A stretch of DNA of 64,000 bases from Candidatus Hydrogenedentota bacterium (lineage in GTDB: Bacteria; Hydrogenedentota; Hydrogenedentia; Hydrogenedentales; SLHB01), in assembly GCA_963745075.1 (NCBI GenBank), contig CAVUWV010000001.1:320001-384000 (forward strand), written 5' to 3'. Positions 40,092-50,089 of this stretch are shown piece by piece. A model generated the notes under the pieces. It searched no databases and was not told where the DNA came from. It saw nothing but the letters and a program-made list of their open reading frames with translations. Position numbers and translations under genes: made by a program. How positions within the stretch are numbered: position 1 is the stretch's first letter; each line of letters starts with the position of its first letter.

Positions 40092-42383
40092 CTAAAGGCG
40101 ATTCGGCGTGATGGCGATGCTATACGGTTCCAACTCGATCGGTTTCATCCCGGGGATCGTCACGATGGCGGGATCGTCGCCGTAGTTCAGCACGGCATAG
40201 GACCCATTCCGAAGCGCGCTGACATACGCCTCGCTCGGTTTCTCGGTCTGCACCATGCGGATCGTGCGCGAATCCAGGACGTCGAGCGTTAGCAGTTCCT
40301 CGGCCATGGCATCGGCCACGCGGTGCGGCGGCTCCCGGTCGTCCGGCACAAAGACGACCCTGCCATGGCCGGTATCGCCGCGCTGCCAACGGTTGAATAC
40401 CGATCGGTCGCCTTCGACGGTGGTAATTGGCTGGGAACGCCATTGCGCGACCAACACGATGCCGCCGCCGCGAACCCACTCGTCGAGTTTGTTCAGCGGC
40501 GCCTCTTCGATCGTTTGGTTCCACAGGAGCAGCAGCACCTTGTACCGCGCCAACGCGCCGTCGAGCACCATCCGTTCGCTGCAAAAGTCGAAGTCGAGTT
40601 TTGGACGCAGCACCGCCACCCGCGCATTGAAGGTGAACGCGTAGAGGTTGCGAAACACCGCGTCGTCGAGTTTGCCCATGGTGTCCGGATACAGCGCAGC
40701 CACTTCGATGAACGGTTCGTCCCGCTGGTCCAGCAGCGGAGCGTATTTCAACCATTTGCCAACCGCCTGGTCGTTGTCCAAGAGATTCGAGTGGTAGTAG
40801 AAGAGATGTTGCCCGTTGTTCACGATGATATTGTATAACCGCGCCACGAGCCCTCGTGCGCTTCCGTAACCCGCTGGCTCCGATCCGAAGGGAACGCCGT
40901 AGAAGCGGGCCGCCGAAGTCATCATGCGGGTCGCGTAAAAATTCTGCGCGTAACTGTCGGTCTCGTTCGTGGCGCGGATGCCACCGTGCACCTTGGCCAT
41001 ACTACGGGTCTGGTCCGTGAAATCCGTGCCGGATTCGACAAAGCCCCAGCCTCCGGAAGATTGGTATATCGCCGTATCCGGCATGGCGTCCCGCGCCCAA
41101 ACCGCCCAATCCTCGCACCAATCGGTCATAGCATCCATGTACCAGTCCACAAAGTCCTTGCGTTTTCGGGGATTCTCCGCGAACTGCGCGATGAAAGGTT
41201 GAATGTCATCGAAGCTGTCGTAGGTTTCATCCCACGCCTTGTCCAGCGCCGCGATGTCCGCGTATCGGGCGCGCAGGTAATCCTGTAAACGTCGTGCCGC
41301 GTAGTCGTCACCGGCCCACCAGCCGATGTGGATGTGTTCCCGTTCGCCCCGGAAGCCCCAATTACCGCCGGCCGGATACTGGGACTCGCCGAAGTTCCCG
41401 CTGGGACCCAGCCGAACGCCGAGCAGTGCGTCCGGCGAACCGTAGTGTTGACCGAAGGCGTTCAGGAATCGGCGGACGTGAGGCGGTTGGAAATCCGTGA
41501 AAATACTCTGAATGTTGTTGCGCTTGCCATGTTCAAGACAAACGAACCCGACATTCTCATCCGATGCGTAAAACCAATTTGGCAGGGCGTACGCGGATCC
41601 CACGATGAGCAATGGAAACCATTTCAAATCGTGCCGTTGCGCTTCCGCTACGATCGCGTCGTAGTAACTCCAGTCGAATGTCCCTTTCTGAGGTTCTACT
41701 GTATTCCATTTGACGTAGCTCTCGACCGCCGTAAAGCCGAGCGCATGCACGACGGGGGACAACTCCCGCATCGCGGCCAGCGTCTCGTCAACATCCCGGT
41801 CGCGCTTCGAATCGACGCCGGCCGTGGTGACGAGTTGCAGCGGACGCTGCAACGCCAAGTGCGGTTGAACCGTTTCAGGAATCTCATTCTCGACCGCGTC
41901 GACCAGTGACGAATCGTCGCCCGGCACGATGGCGATCCCCGTCAGCGCATGGACGCCAAAGACCTCGATCCGGGTGCCCGGGCGTGGGGGAGAGGGCATG
42001 GCGAACAGGGCCCGGCGCGGCGTGCCGGTGTCGAGCGCCGTGTATCCCGCCACCGGCGTGATCGCCGCCGCTTCTCCATTAAACGTGGCGGTCGCATCGA
42101 TCAACGCAATGCCCGCGTCTTGATGATTGATTACCAGGAAGACGCCGTCACTCGGTTCCGACGGCGCGCGGTCCACCCGAAACACAATGCCCCGCCGCGA
42201 AAAGTAGTCCGGATTCGCGCCCGGCCGCAAAACGTCCACGCCGGAAACTGTGTCGCGCTCGACCGGCCGGTCTGCTGCGTTCACCAGGGAGATGCCATCT
42301 TCATGAGTTTCGCCTTCGCGAATGTCAAAGGTTTGCCCGTAGGCGGTCGCACATCCAACGACAACAACCAACAACGAAAGCAC
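40092..42383 (-). CDS. Secreted clan-A-like glycoside hydrolase (GH42/GH14-like TIM barrel); start uncertain
   Basis: ESYVKWNTVEP..G.FDWSYYD, LGPSGNFGESQYP, YLRARY.DIAAL..AW, trimerisation-like C-terminus. Confidence 0.7.
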   Translation of the reverse strand: MLSLLVVVVGCATAYGQTFDIREGETHEDGISLVNAADRPVERDTVSGVDVLRPGANPDYFSRRGIVFRVDRAPSEPSDGVFLVINHQDAGIALIDATATFNGEAAAITPVAGYTALDTGTPRRALFAMPSPPRPGTRIEVFGVHALTGIAIVPGDDSSLVDAVENEIPETVQPHLALQRPLQLVTTAGVDSKRDRDVDETLAAMRELSPVVHALGFTAVESYVKWNTVEPQKGTFDWSYYDAIVAEAQRHDLKWFPLLIVGSAYALPNWFYASDENVGFVCLEHGKRNNIQSIFTDFQPPHVRRFLNAFGQHYGSPDALLGVRLGPSGNFGESQYPAGGNWGFRGEREHIHIGWWAGDDYAARRLQDYLRARYADIAALDKAWDETYDSFDDIQPFIAQFAENPRKRKDFVDWYMDAMTDWCEDWAVWARDAMPDTAIYQSSGGWGFVESGTDFTDQTRSMAKVHGGIRATNETDSYAQNFYATRMMTSAARFYGVPFGSEPAGYGSARGLVARLYNIIVNNGQHLFYYHSNLLDNDQAVGKWLKYAPLLDQRDEPFIEVAALYPDTMGKLDDAVFRNLYAFTFNARVAVLRPKLDFDFCSERMVLDGALARYKVLLLLWNQTIEEAPLNKLDEWVRGGGIVLVAQWRSQPITTVEGDRSVFNRWQRGDTGHGRVVFVPDDREPPHRVADAMAEELLTLDVLDSRTIRMVQTEKPSEAYVSALRNGSYAVLNYGDDPAIVTIPGMKPIELEPYSIAITPNRL

Positions 42384-42710
42384 AATTCTGATCCCAAAGA
42401 AGACAGTTGAACGAGACCGTCGCGGTCCTTGTCGGAAGACCAAAGCCGGAGCCGGTGGAGTTAGACGTGTGGCACAGCCGCCCCCGGCTGTGGTCTTTCT
42501 GGGTATACGGCGTTCACCCGGATGATGACCAGCACGTCTTGTGGCAACCCTTGAAACAATGGCCTTTCGCGACGATAACATCGCTGTGACTGTCGACTTT
42601 CGGCTGATAGACGTACCGGAAACTATTGGTGCACTCTTCATCCGTACCTTAATAATTCTTGAAGCCGTTCACGGGTGTTAGATTTCGCGGGGTTGCCTTG
42701 ATGGAATCAC

Positions 42711-43442
42711 TCACTCCTCAGCAATTCCTTCGATGTCGCAGGTGTAAGTCTGATCGCCGTCGCGCGGGCATTGCGCCATCCACTTGCCTTGCGGCGACAT
42801 CACACCGGTCGGGCAATTGACCGGTCCTTCGTTGGTGGCCGCGTTGGCCGTGCAGATATAGGCTTTGCTTTCGATGGCGCGCAGCACAAGGTTGGACTCG
42901 TGATAAGGGGCATGGATCGAGCTGGCGCCGGAATTCACGCTGAGGAAGATAACCTGCGCGCCTTTCTTCGCCAGTTGGTAGGAAAGTCGCGGGTCGGGGT
43001 ACGGTCCGCAACCCGGCGTCACCCAGAGGTCGTTGCAGATGAGGCACCCGAAGTTGACCCCCGCATGACGGAACACGCGCAGCTCGCCGCCGGGCCGGCA
43101 AAACTCGCGGTCCTTCGCCGTCGCCATGATCTTCTCGTGGGTGCCCATAAGTTCCCCCTGAGCACCGTACACGCGGGTTTGGATGTAGGCGCCGTCGTCC
43201 GTCTTCCACCCGGTGCCGACGAGCGCGGTGGTATACGTATGCCGGCATGCCTCCGCAATCTGTTTGCACGCGCGTTCGACGGCTTTCTGGCTGAAATCGC
43301 CGTAATAGCCGGTCAGGGCCATTTCCGGAAACAGCACGAAATCCGCATCCGTCGGCTTCAAGTGGGACAGGATTCGCTCGAGGTTGTCGTCAAGCTTCTT
43401 GGAAACGGGCATCTGAACACCCAGTACGCGAATTGTTTTCAT
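42711..43442 (-). CDS. Carbon-nitrogen hydrolase (nitrilase superfamily)
   Basis: LFPEMALTGY, HEK, LICND triad. Confidence 0.88.
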   Translation of the reverse strand: MKTIRVLGVQMPVSKKLDDNLERILSHLKPTDADFVLFPEMALTGYYGDFSQKAVERACKQIAEACRHTYTTALVGTGWKTDDGAYIQTRVYGAQGELMGTHEKIMATAKDREFCRPGGELRVFRHAGVNFGCLICNDLWVTPGCGPYPDPRLSYQLAKKGAQVIFLSVNSGASSIHAPYHESNLVLRAIESKAYICTANAATNEGPVNCPTGVMSPQGKWMAQCPRDGDQTYTCDIEGIAEE

Positions 43443-43491
43443 GGTCGCTCCTCTCTCTCCCGATCATCATAATCGATTGCGTCATCGCCGA

Positions 43492-45495
43492 TCACGCTTC
43501 GATCGTGGGAGTCTTCGCGTAGCAGCGGACTTCATAGAGACGCGCCAGGTTCGATCCGTTGGTGGCCTGTATCGCGATGCGAATGCTTCGCGCCCGAACC
43601 GGATCGAAGGCGTGTCGGCGAAGCCGCTGGTAATTCCCGGTCACCCGCACCAGTTCCCGGTACCCATCAGAATCCTCGGGCTGGTATTCGATGGCGTAGT
43701 CCTTGATTGTTTCGGGTTGAGGGCCTTTTAAGACGCGCGCGATCGCACTTTTCTGCTCGGAAAGCGTGAGCTCCCGTTCAAAGCCGGTATCGAATGTGAT
43801 TTGAACGAAGCCGATCGCTTGCGGCGTGTCCCAGGCCAACGCGATCCACGCGCCCTTGTCCGTCATCGCCCCGGCCCACCGGTTGCGCCAACTCTTCGGC
43901 ACGTCGCGTGCCACGCCGGTCAGGATATTGGCGGGTTTGCTCTCTTCCAGTAGGCCGGACGCGGTTACCGTAGCGGTGCGCGCCACGTCATACGGATCCT
44001 CGTTGACGCAATCGCGAATGGCCTGGTCGTCGCGCAGCAGGATCTGTCGAAGGTCTGCGATCTGCCCGCTGTCGTTTACAACCTGATCCGGCGTCAGATT
44101 CCGCGTAATGCAGACTGCCGCGGCCGTTCCCACCGCCTGCCCGATGGCCGAACAGGTCCCCATCACGCGCGTGGACGTGAAGGCCACGTGGGTCGCGCTG
44201 ATGTTGCGGCCCGCCATAAACAGGTTCTGCAGATCCTTCGAATACAGCGACCGAAGTGGGATGTTGTACGGCTCAGGAATCTTCTCCTGCCGCGCAGGTC
44301 GCTCCTTCGGTTCATCGAATCCGCCGGAAGGGTGATCGTCGAAGGGCCACCCGCCGATGGTCACCCCGTCCGGGAAGTCGCGCCACCCCCCCTGACAATC
44401 GCCCTGCGTGAGCATGTGCGGCCCTTCAATGCGCCGGCTACCGCGCTTGCCCGGAATCATGCCAATCCAGTCCATGCCCCAGTTGGCGCTCGTGGGGTGT
44501 TCCCCCGAATTCTTGATGTAGTCCCATATCCCCATCACAATGGACAGGAGTTCAAAGCGAATCAGCTCGTTGTCGCGAATGGGATCGCGGTTGCCGCCCC
44601 ACTCGATCCACCAATACCCATACTCCCAGGAACGGATGCCCCGGAATTCCAGTTGGTCCTTCGTGACCTTACGCGCCCACGCCGGCGGAACGAAGGGGAT
44701 CGGTTCACCGTAGTCCTTCGACGTGAACAGGATGCTGCTGCCCAGTGTTTCCGGTCCCGCCGCTTCCGGGGCCAGGGATTCGTTGAACTCGGATTGCGCT
44801 TCGTGCCCCAGACGCATGGTCGCGCCCGCTTCCAGGCCCAAGCGGCAATCTCCGGTGCAGTCGGCGAAGTAGGGCGCGCGGATGCGATAGAGGTGTTCCG
44901 TCTTGTCGCAACGGACGAGTACTTCTTTGATTTGTCCATCCTCAACCTGCGCGCCGTAGAGGATGCTGTCCAGCAGCAGGGTGATGTTCGGCTCCGAAAT
45001 CACTTTGTCGTACAGCATCAGGTCCCACAGCTCCCACGCGAACTGCGGATTATGGACCACGTTTTCCAGGCGCAACTCTTCAAGGATTCCGCTTTCCCGC
45101 CAGCCCGGGTGCCCGCCGTGGACGTCCGCACCGACGATGTGCATCCGCACCTCGCTGCTCGCGTTGCCCCCCAGCCGCGAGCGGTCCTGCGCCAGTACGA
45201 CGCGCACGCCGTGGCGCGCCGCCGCGAGTGCCGCGCACACCCCCGCCATGCCCCCACCGGCCACCATGAAGTCGCAGTCGAGATCCACCGCCAGCATGTT
45301 TGGTTCGGCCTGGACCCGCTGCAACGAATCCGGCGGGGGAGCGATTTCCTCAAAGCGCGCATCCCGATCGATTGGCGCTGCCGCTGCCGCTTGTGCGGGG
45401 TCGGCGCGCAACAGCAGGGAGTACGTTCCCAACGCCCCGGCGCCGGCAACATCTTGAAAAAATCGCCGCCGTTCAATCCGTCTCTTGCTCGTCAT
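43492..45495 (-). CDS. TAT-exported FAD-dependent oxidoreductase with a C-terminal discoidin-like domain
   Basis: RRRFF twin-arginine; GGGMAGVCAA, LGGNASSE, DCTGD, AGRNISATH..STRVM. Confidence 0.85.
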   Translation of the reverse strand: MTSKRRIERRRFFQDVAGAGALGTYSLLLRADPAQAAAAAPIDRDARFEEIAPPPDSLQRVQAEPNMLAVDLDCDFMVAGGGMAGVCAALAAARHGVRVVLAQDRSRLGGNASSEVRMHIVGADVHGGHPGWRESGILEELRLENVVHNPQFAWELWDLMLYDKVISEPNITLLLDSILYGAQVEDGQIKEVLVRCDKTEHLYRIRAPYFADCTGDCRLGLEAGATMRLGHEAQSEFNESLAPEAAGPETLGSSILFTSKDYGEPIPFVPPAWARKVTKDQLEFRGIRSWEYGYWWIEWGGNRDPIRDNELIRFELLSIVMGIWDYIKNSGEHPTSANWGMDWIGMIPGKRGSRRIEGPHMLTQGDCQGGWRDFPDGVTIGGWPFDDHPSGGFDEPKERPARQEKIPEPYNIPLRSLYSKDLQNLFMAGRNISATHVAFTSTRVMGTCSAIGQAVGTAAAVCITRNLTPDQVVNDSGQIADLRQILLRDDQAIRDCVNEDPYDVARTATVTASGLLEESKPANILTGVARDVPKSWRNRWAGAMTDKGAWIALAWDTPQAIGFVQITFDTGFERELTLSEQKSAIARVLKGPQPETIKDYAIEYQPEDSDGYRELVRVTGNYQRLRRHAFDPVRARSIRIAIQATNGSNLARLYEVRCYAKTPTIEA

Positions 45496-45668
45496 AAGGC
45501 TTTCCCGTATCTTTTCGTTTGGAACTCGGAATCCGTCCGTTGCATCGTTGCGTAAACGAGGAATGGGATGCAAGAAAGGCGGGCATCAGCAGGGACATAC
45601 CGAAGTGGAGCCACGCTGGTGCGTGGCGATCCCAGTAAAGACAGACGTGCGATACAACGATCCAAAAG

Positions 45669-46559
45669 TCACGGGAAATTCGGAACCCCGTCCGTAGCGG
45701 CGGATTTCGACACCATGAAGAATTTCGAACCGTCGGGTTGCGGATAATTTGCGTACTCCACGTGGCCGTCCATGAACAGCACGTTCGCGCCGAGCGGCGA
45801 ATGATTGATCTCGCGAAACATCGGCTGTCCGTAGTCGGTTCGCACGGTGTCCCACCAAACGGCGATCTCCGACTCACCGCGCGCGGTGGCGGCCGGATTG
45901 TTGATATCCGAAACCGTAAACCGGTTGATGCCGTCGCGCAGGTAGTAGATGGTGATCGCTTCGCCGGTGCTCGGCAGGGTGACGTGCTGATCGTCGTAGC
46001 GGGTATCCAGGTTCACGCTGTCCGTGGTCAGGTTGTCGAGCAGCAATCCATGCAGCGCCATATCCAGCGGCTCCTTGACGAAGCGCGGTTCAATCATGAA
46101 ACCCCAATAGACATACGAGTAATCCGCCAGCGCGGGATATTGATCCATGGTCTTGACCGGATTGTCATAGATATCCTCGTGCCAACCGGGGCCAACGGGG
46201 CGAAACATCAGCCAGTAATCATATAACCGGCTGTATTCTGGGTCCGACGGGCAAACGATGAGGTGGTAGTCCGTGAGATATTCGGGGTACAGGATCGCCC
46301 CGTCAAAGCTCGACCAACATTCCTTCACCGGACTGAACGGCAAGTGATACGGGATCATTCGCGGCACCCACTCGCCGTGGTGTTCGTCGGCAAACATGCG
46401 AAAGATTTGCCCCATCTGCCGTTCGTTATTGGCGCACGAAGCCCGCCGCGCCGTTTCGCGGGCTCGGCCCAGTGCCGGCAGCAGCAGCGCCGCGAGGATC
46501 GAAATGATCGCGATCACCACCAGCACTTCGACCAGCGTGAATCCCCGATTGGTCCGCAT
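45669..46559 (-). CDS. Prepilin-type N-terminal methylation / DUF1559 / H-X9-DG protein
   Basis: [39 protein letters not shown]...[11 protein letters not shown]. Confidence 0.9.
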   Translation of the reverse strand: MRTNRGFTLVEVLVVIAIISILAALLLPALGRARETARRASCANNERQMGQIFRMFADEHHGEWVPRMIPYHLPFSPVKECWSSFDGAILYPEYLTDYHLIVCPSDPEYSRLYDYWLMFRPVGPGWHEDIYDNPVKTMDQYPALADYSYVYWGFMIEPRFVKEPLDMALHGLLLDNLTTDSVNLDTRYDDQHVTLPSTGEAITIYYLRDGINRFTVSDINNPAATARGESEIAVWWDTVRTDYGQPMFREINHSPLGANVLFMDGHVEYANYPQPDGSKFFMVSKSAATDGVPNFP

Positions 46560-46756
46560 CGTTCTTCTCCCTCATCAATACAATGGCGCAAGTCCGTGAA
46601 ACGGATCAGGAGCTTCGAACTTCGATGGGGGCGCTGCGCGATCATCTTCCTAATCCCCCCTACTTACTAAGACGTATTTGAGCCGGTTTGGGTGACCTCT
46701 CAACGCAATTTCTTCGTCTGGGACCGCCCCGCTACGTGGCCGGCGAATTGGAGAAC

Positions 46757-46772
46757 GCATATGACGTGCCAG
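46757..46772 (-). promoter_or_regulatory. Possible sigma54 (-24/-12) promoter for the DUF1559 gene
   Basis: Minus strand CTGGCACGtcatATGC (GG-N10-GC), about 200 nt upstream of the ATG. Confidence 0.45.
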
Positions 46773-46953
46773 GATGCATGATTCGTCGTAAGGTACTTGC
46801 CTGAAATGGATTATGATGCGGCCGGACGATGCCGTGGCGACGTTCGTGTGGCGTGGACAACCACTCTTTGGTGGCGCGCGGGAATCCATGGGGTCTGACC
46901 GGGACCCCCGCCGGACCAGTTCCCGCGGCCGGTTGGTTTCGTGATGATGCGGG

Positions 46954-47709
46954 TTACTCCGCTTCGGCCACGTTCCCTTTCAGGAAAGCCTTCACCAGCT
47001 CGGGATGGAAATGCTTCCCGGACTCGCTCTTGAGGTGGTCCAGCGCCTCGTCGATGGAGAAGGTGCCCTGCCGGTAGTGACGCGCGCTCGTCATGGCGCA
47101 GAACACGTCCAGGATGCGCATGGCCTGCGCGAGGTAGGGGATGGCGTCGCCTTCCATGCCGTCCGGATACCCGGTACCGTCGAAGCATTCGTGATGGCGG
47201 CGGACGATGTCCTCGATATCCCGCAATCCTTCCGTTCGTTTCACGAGGTCGGCGCCGATATGGGTATGGCGTTGCAGCGTATCCCATTCTTCGTGGTTCA
47301 GCAGGGTGTATTTCAGCAGCACCTCATTCCGAATCTTCAATTTGCCGATATCGCGCAAGAGGGCGCCCCGTTCCAGCGTCAATTGATCCGATGCGGACAA
47401 GCCGAGCGCTTCTGCAAAACGCGTCGCATGGTTCTTGACCCGGAGCGACGTGCCCTGCACCAAATCTTCCCGCGAGTCGATCGCGTGAGCAATGAGTTCC
47501 AGCAGCTCCTCCTGCCGCTTGCCCAAGGAATCGGCAAAAACACCGATGGCGTCAACGTCCTCTGCACCCCCCACGACGGTCGCCGTTCCCGCCGGCAACG
47601 ATTCGTCTTTGGCGACGCGCACGACTTCCATGTTGCCGTCGCCCGCATTCTCCGTCAAAAATCCGAATAGCGGCTCATTCTCGCCCACCACCACGATCCG
47701 TTTAAGCAT
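46954..47709 (-). CDS. HD-GYP domain protein with a degenerate HD (RDIGK)
   Basis: LLRDIGK, HHECFDGTGYPDG, D.F.AMTS.R.YR, SG.HF.P. Confidence 0.85.
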   Translation of the reverse strand: MLKRIVVVGENEPLFGFLTENAGDGNMEVVRVAKDESLPAGTATVVGGAEDVDAIGVFADSLGKRQEELLELIAHAIDSREDLVQGTSLRVKNHATRFAEALGLSASDQLTLERGALLRDIGKLKIRNEVLLKYTLLNHEEWDTLQRHTHIGADLVKRTEGLRDIEDIVRRHHECFDGTGYPDGMEGDAIPYLAQAMRILDVFCAMTSARHYRQGTFSIDEALDHLKSESGKHFHPELVKAFLKGNVAEAE

Positions 47710-47918
47710 GAAACGCTCCTCGCATTCTGTGAATCGACCCCTCAACCGATTACGCAATCGCATCGCCATAGTAGCAACACCGTCGTCTTGCGGCAAGCGA
47801 CTCGTCATTCGCAGCCGATTGGTGCGCGTGCACAAGACGCGGTGCCAGGCTGACTTGCCTCTTGTCTCGCACGCGGAATCTGGTATACTCGTTCGGGGAC
47901 CGGGAAAAGGAGCATGCC

Positions 47919-48878
47919 ATGAAACGAGTCGGAATCTGCTTAGCCGTTCTAGGATGCATGATTATGATGGGTTGTCAGCGGTACCAGTCCGGCGCCCCCC
48001 ATGGCGCCATCGACGTCATCGCCCACCGGGGCGCCAGCGCCTACGCCCCCGAAAACACACTCGCGGCCTTCAAGCTGGCCAAGGAAATGAGTGCGGACTG
48101 GTTCGAGCTGGACTGCACGCTGACCCATGACGGTGAAGTGGTGGTCATGCATGATGAAACCGTCGATCGCACGACGAACGGCAAAGGGTACGTCCGCGAC
48201 CTGACCCTTTACGACATCAAACAGCTTGACGCCGGTTCGTGGTTCTCGCCGGAGTTCGCCGGAGAACGCGTTCCCACCCTGGGTCAGGCGCTCGATTTCG
48301 CCAAGTGGAACATCGGCGTCTACATCGAGATCAAGGACAGCGCGGACGACACCGCCCTCTTGGCGGCTATCCTCGACAAGGCCAAGGGCGACAAAGATGC
48401 CGGTCATCGGTTTAAGAATGAGATGATCGACATGATCGAGAAGAGCGAGTCGCGCAACCTCGAACTCACGCGCAAGGTGATCGAAGAAGTGCGGGTCCGC
48501 AAGATGCACCGGTACGTCGTCATCCAGTCCTTCTCGCCGATCGTGTGTGCCATCGTCATGAAAGAGGCGCCCGAGATGCGCGTCGAATTCCTCGGCGGGT
48601 TCAAAGAAGGCGACACCGAGGGCTGGGAGCAGTATCTCCGGCTCGGCTACTTCTTCGACTTTGACGGTTTCAACATGAATGCCGACGCATTGACCATCGG
48701 CCGCCTCGCCGCCTTCCAGGACGCGGACAAGACGGTCGCAGTCTATACCGTCGACGATTTGGAAACCATGAAACGCTTCGTCGAATGGGGTGTCGACGGC
48801 ATCATCACCAACAAGCCTGACCTTGCCCGCACCGTGACCGGCACGGTCAACCGCGCCGGCGGTCCGGCGGACCAATAG
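47919..48878 (+). CDS. Glycerophosphodiester phosphodiesterase lipoprotein
   Basis: Lipobox MMGC; IAHRGAS..APENTLAAF, ELD, HD.TVDRTT, EIK, GVDGIITN. Confidence 0.92.
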   Translation: MKRVGICLAVLGCMIMMGCQRYQSGAPHGAIDVIAHRGASAYAPENTLAAFKLAKEMSADWFELDCTLTHDGEVVVMHDETVDRTTNGKGYVRDLTLYDIKQLDAGSWFSPEFAGERVPTLGQALDFAKWNIGVYIEIKDSADDTALLAAILDKAKGDKDAGHRFKNEMIDMIEKSESRNLELTRKVIEEVRVRKMHRYVVIQSFSPIVCAIVMKEAPEMRVEFLGGFKEGDTEGWEQYLRLGYFFDFDGFNMNADALTIGRLAAFQDADKTVAVYTVDDLETMKRFVEWGVDGIITNKPDLARTVTGTVNRAGGPADQ

Positions 48879-48907
48879 ACGGCGGTTCAGAAAGCAAATA
48901 TCGCAGC

Positions 48908-48931
48908 AGGGCGGGTTCTAGAACCCGCCCT
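48908..48931. terminator. Perfect palindrome between convergent genes (terminator or REP)
   Basis: agggcgggttc-ta-gaacccgccct. Confidence 0.55.
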
Positions 48932-49021
48932 TCTTGTTGATGCGGCTTGGACACGGCAGTCTGCTCCGCTGGTCTTGCTGGGCCGGAACACACCGTGCAC
49001 GGCTCCTCCGCAGGCTTCCGT

Positions 49022-49804
49022 TCAACTGAGCAGATATTTGGTCAGGTGGTCCCACGCGTTCGTCTGCGCCACACGCATGATGAGGAAACTCCAGACGACA
49101 AGTACGGCGTATCCCGTGGCGTAGTATCGGTCCCAGGACCGCGTCAGCAACCGCTTGACGACAAGGAACACCAATCCCAAAACCAGCACGCCAAAGAACG
49201 GACCGAACAGGGCGCCGCACAGGGTGCCCGCGTAGAGGTTTCTAATCGCTTCGACGCGGTCCGTGGCGGCGGGGATGGCAGCCATGGTGGCCAACAGCAT
49301 CATGGGGCGATGGATCTTCACCCGCTTTCGGTTCCACACGCCGACGAAGACGAAAGCGCCGAAAAGCAGGATGCTGAAGAGCGGGACCGCCAGAAAACGG
49401 TTGGGTTCGAGATTCCACAGTTTGAGGTCCGGCGGGTTGACGCTCGCCGCCGCAAAGGCCACTTTGAGGCCCGCCAGCACGATGCCGGCCGCGAGCACCG
49501 CCCCAACACGGCCGGCCATCATATGAACGCGCCGGTTCCCGGTGACCACCAGGAGCGGCTGGGCCAGGAACAACAGCATCCAAGCCGTCATCGCGATCCC
49601 GTGGAGGATCAGCCAGATTCGAATGGGCGGAGTGAGTTCCCGATGGGGGAATGCCTTGCCGTGCAGATAAAACTGCTGGAAACCCAGGAACATGATCGTC
49701 AGGAGCAGCAAGGCCGCTCCCGTGTAAAAGTAACGTCCGAAATCGATCTTTGCATGCGTCTTCGGTTGGGGTTCGTCCAATGATAAGGTCTGGCTCGTGC
49801 CCAT
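49022..49804 (-). CDS. Hypothetical multi-pass membrane protein with conserved His residues
   Basis: HG...AW..L...Q..L, R.H...G and HR..MLLA motifs; 7 TM segments. Confidence 0.7.
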   Translation of the reverse strand: MGTSQTLSLDEPQPKTHAKIDFGRYFYTGAALLLLTIMFLGFQQFYLHGKAFPHRELTPPIRIWLILHGIAMTAWMLLFLAQPLLVVTGNRRVHMMAGRVGAVLAAGIVLAGLKVAFAAASVNPPDLKLWNLEPNRFLAVPLFSILLFGAFVFVGVWNRKRVKIHRPMMLLATMAAIPAATDRVEAIRNLYAGTLCGALFGPFFGVLVLGLVFLVVKRLLTRSWDRYYATGYAVLVVWSFLIMRVAQTNAWDHLTKYLLS

Positions 49805-49939
49805 GATTTGACAGTTCCTCTTTGTTTGAATGTGGCGCTCAACGCGCTCGATCCCCGGACCGGATCGGGGATCGATTCACCAGAAGCGCAGATAGTACTC
49901 CAAGTCATTTGAGAAAAGGTAGCGGAATCTCAAGCGTTT

Positions 49940-50015
49940 CGTCCGTCTCGTCCCTGCCATCCCCGTCCCTGCTGCCCCTGCTGTCCGTGTAGGTCCGTGT
50001 AGGTCCGTGTAGGTC
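49940..50015 (+). repeat. gtccct / gtccgtgtag simple repeats
   Basis: gtccgtgtaggtccgtgtaggtccgtgtaggtc. Confidence 0.75.
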
Positions 50016-50089
50016 AAGTCCGCGTTCCATTGTTTCATTTCCCTCCGCACTGCAACGCCCCGGCCTATCTTTATAAGGAGATTTCCGCC

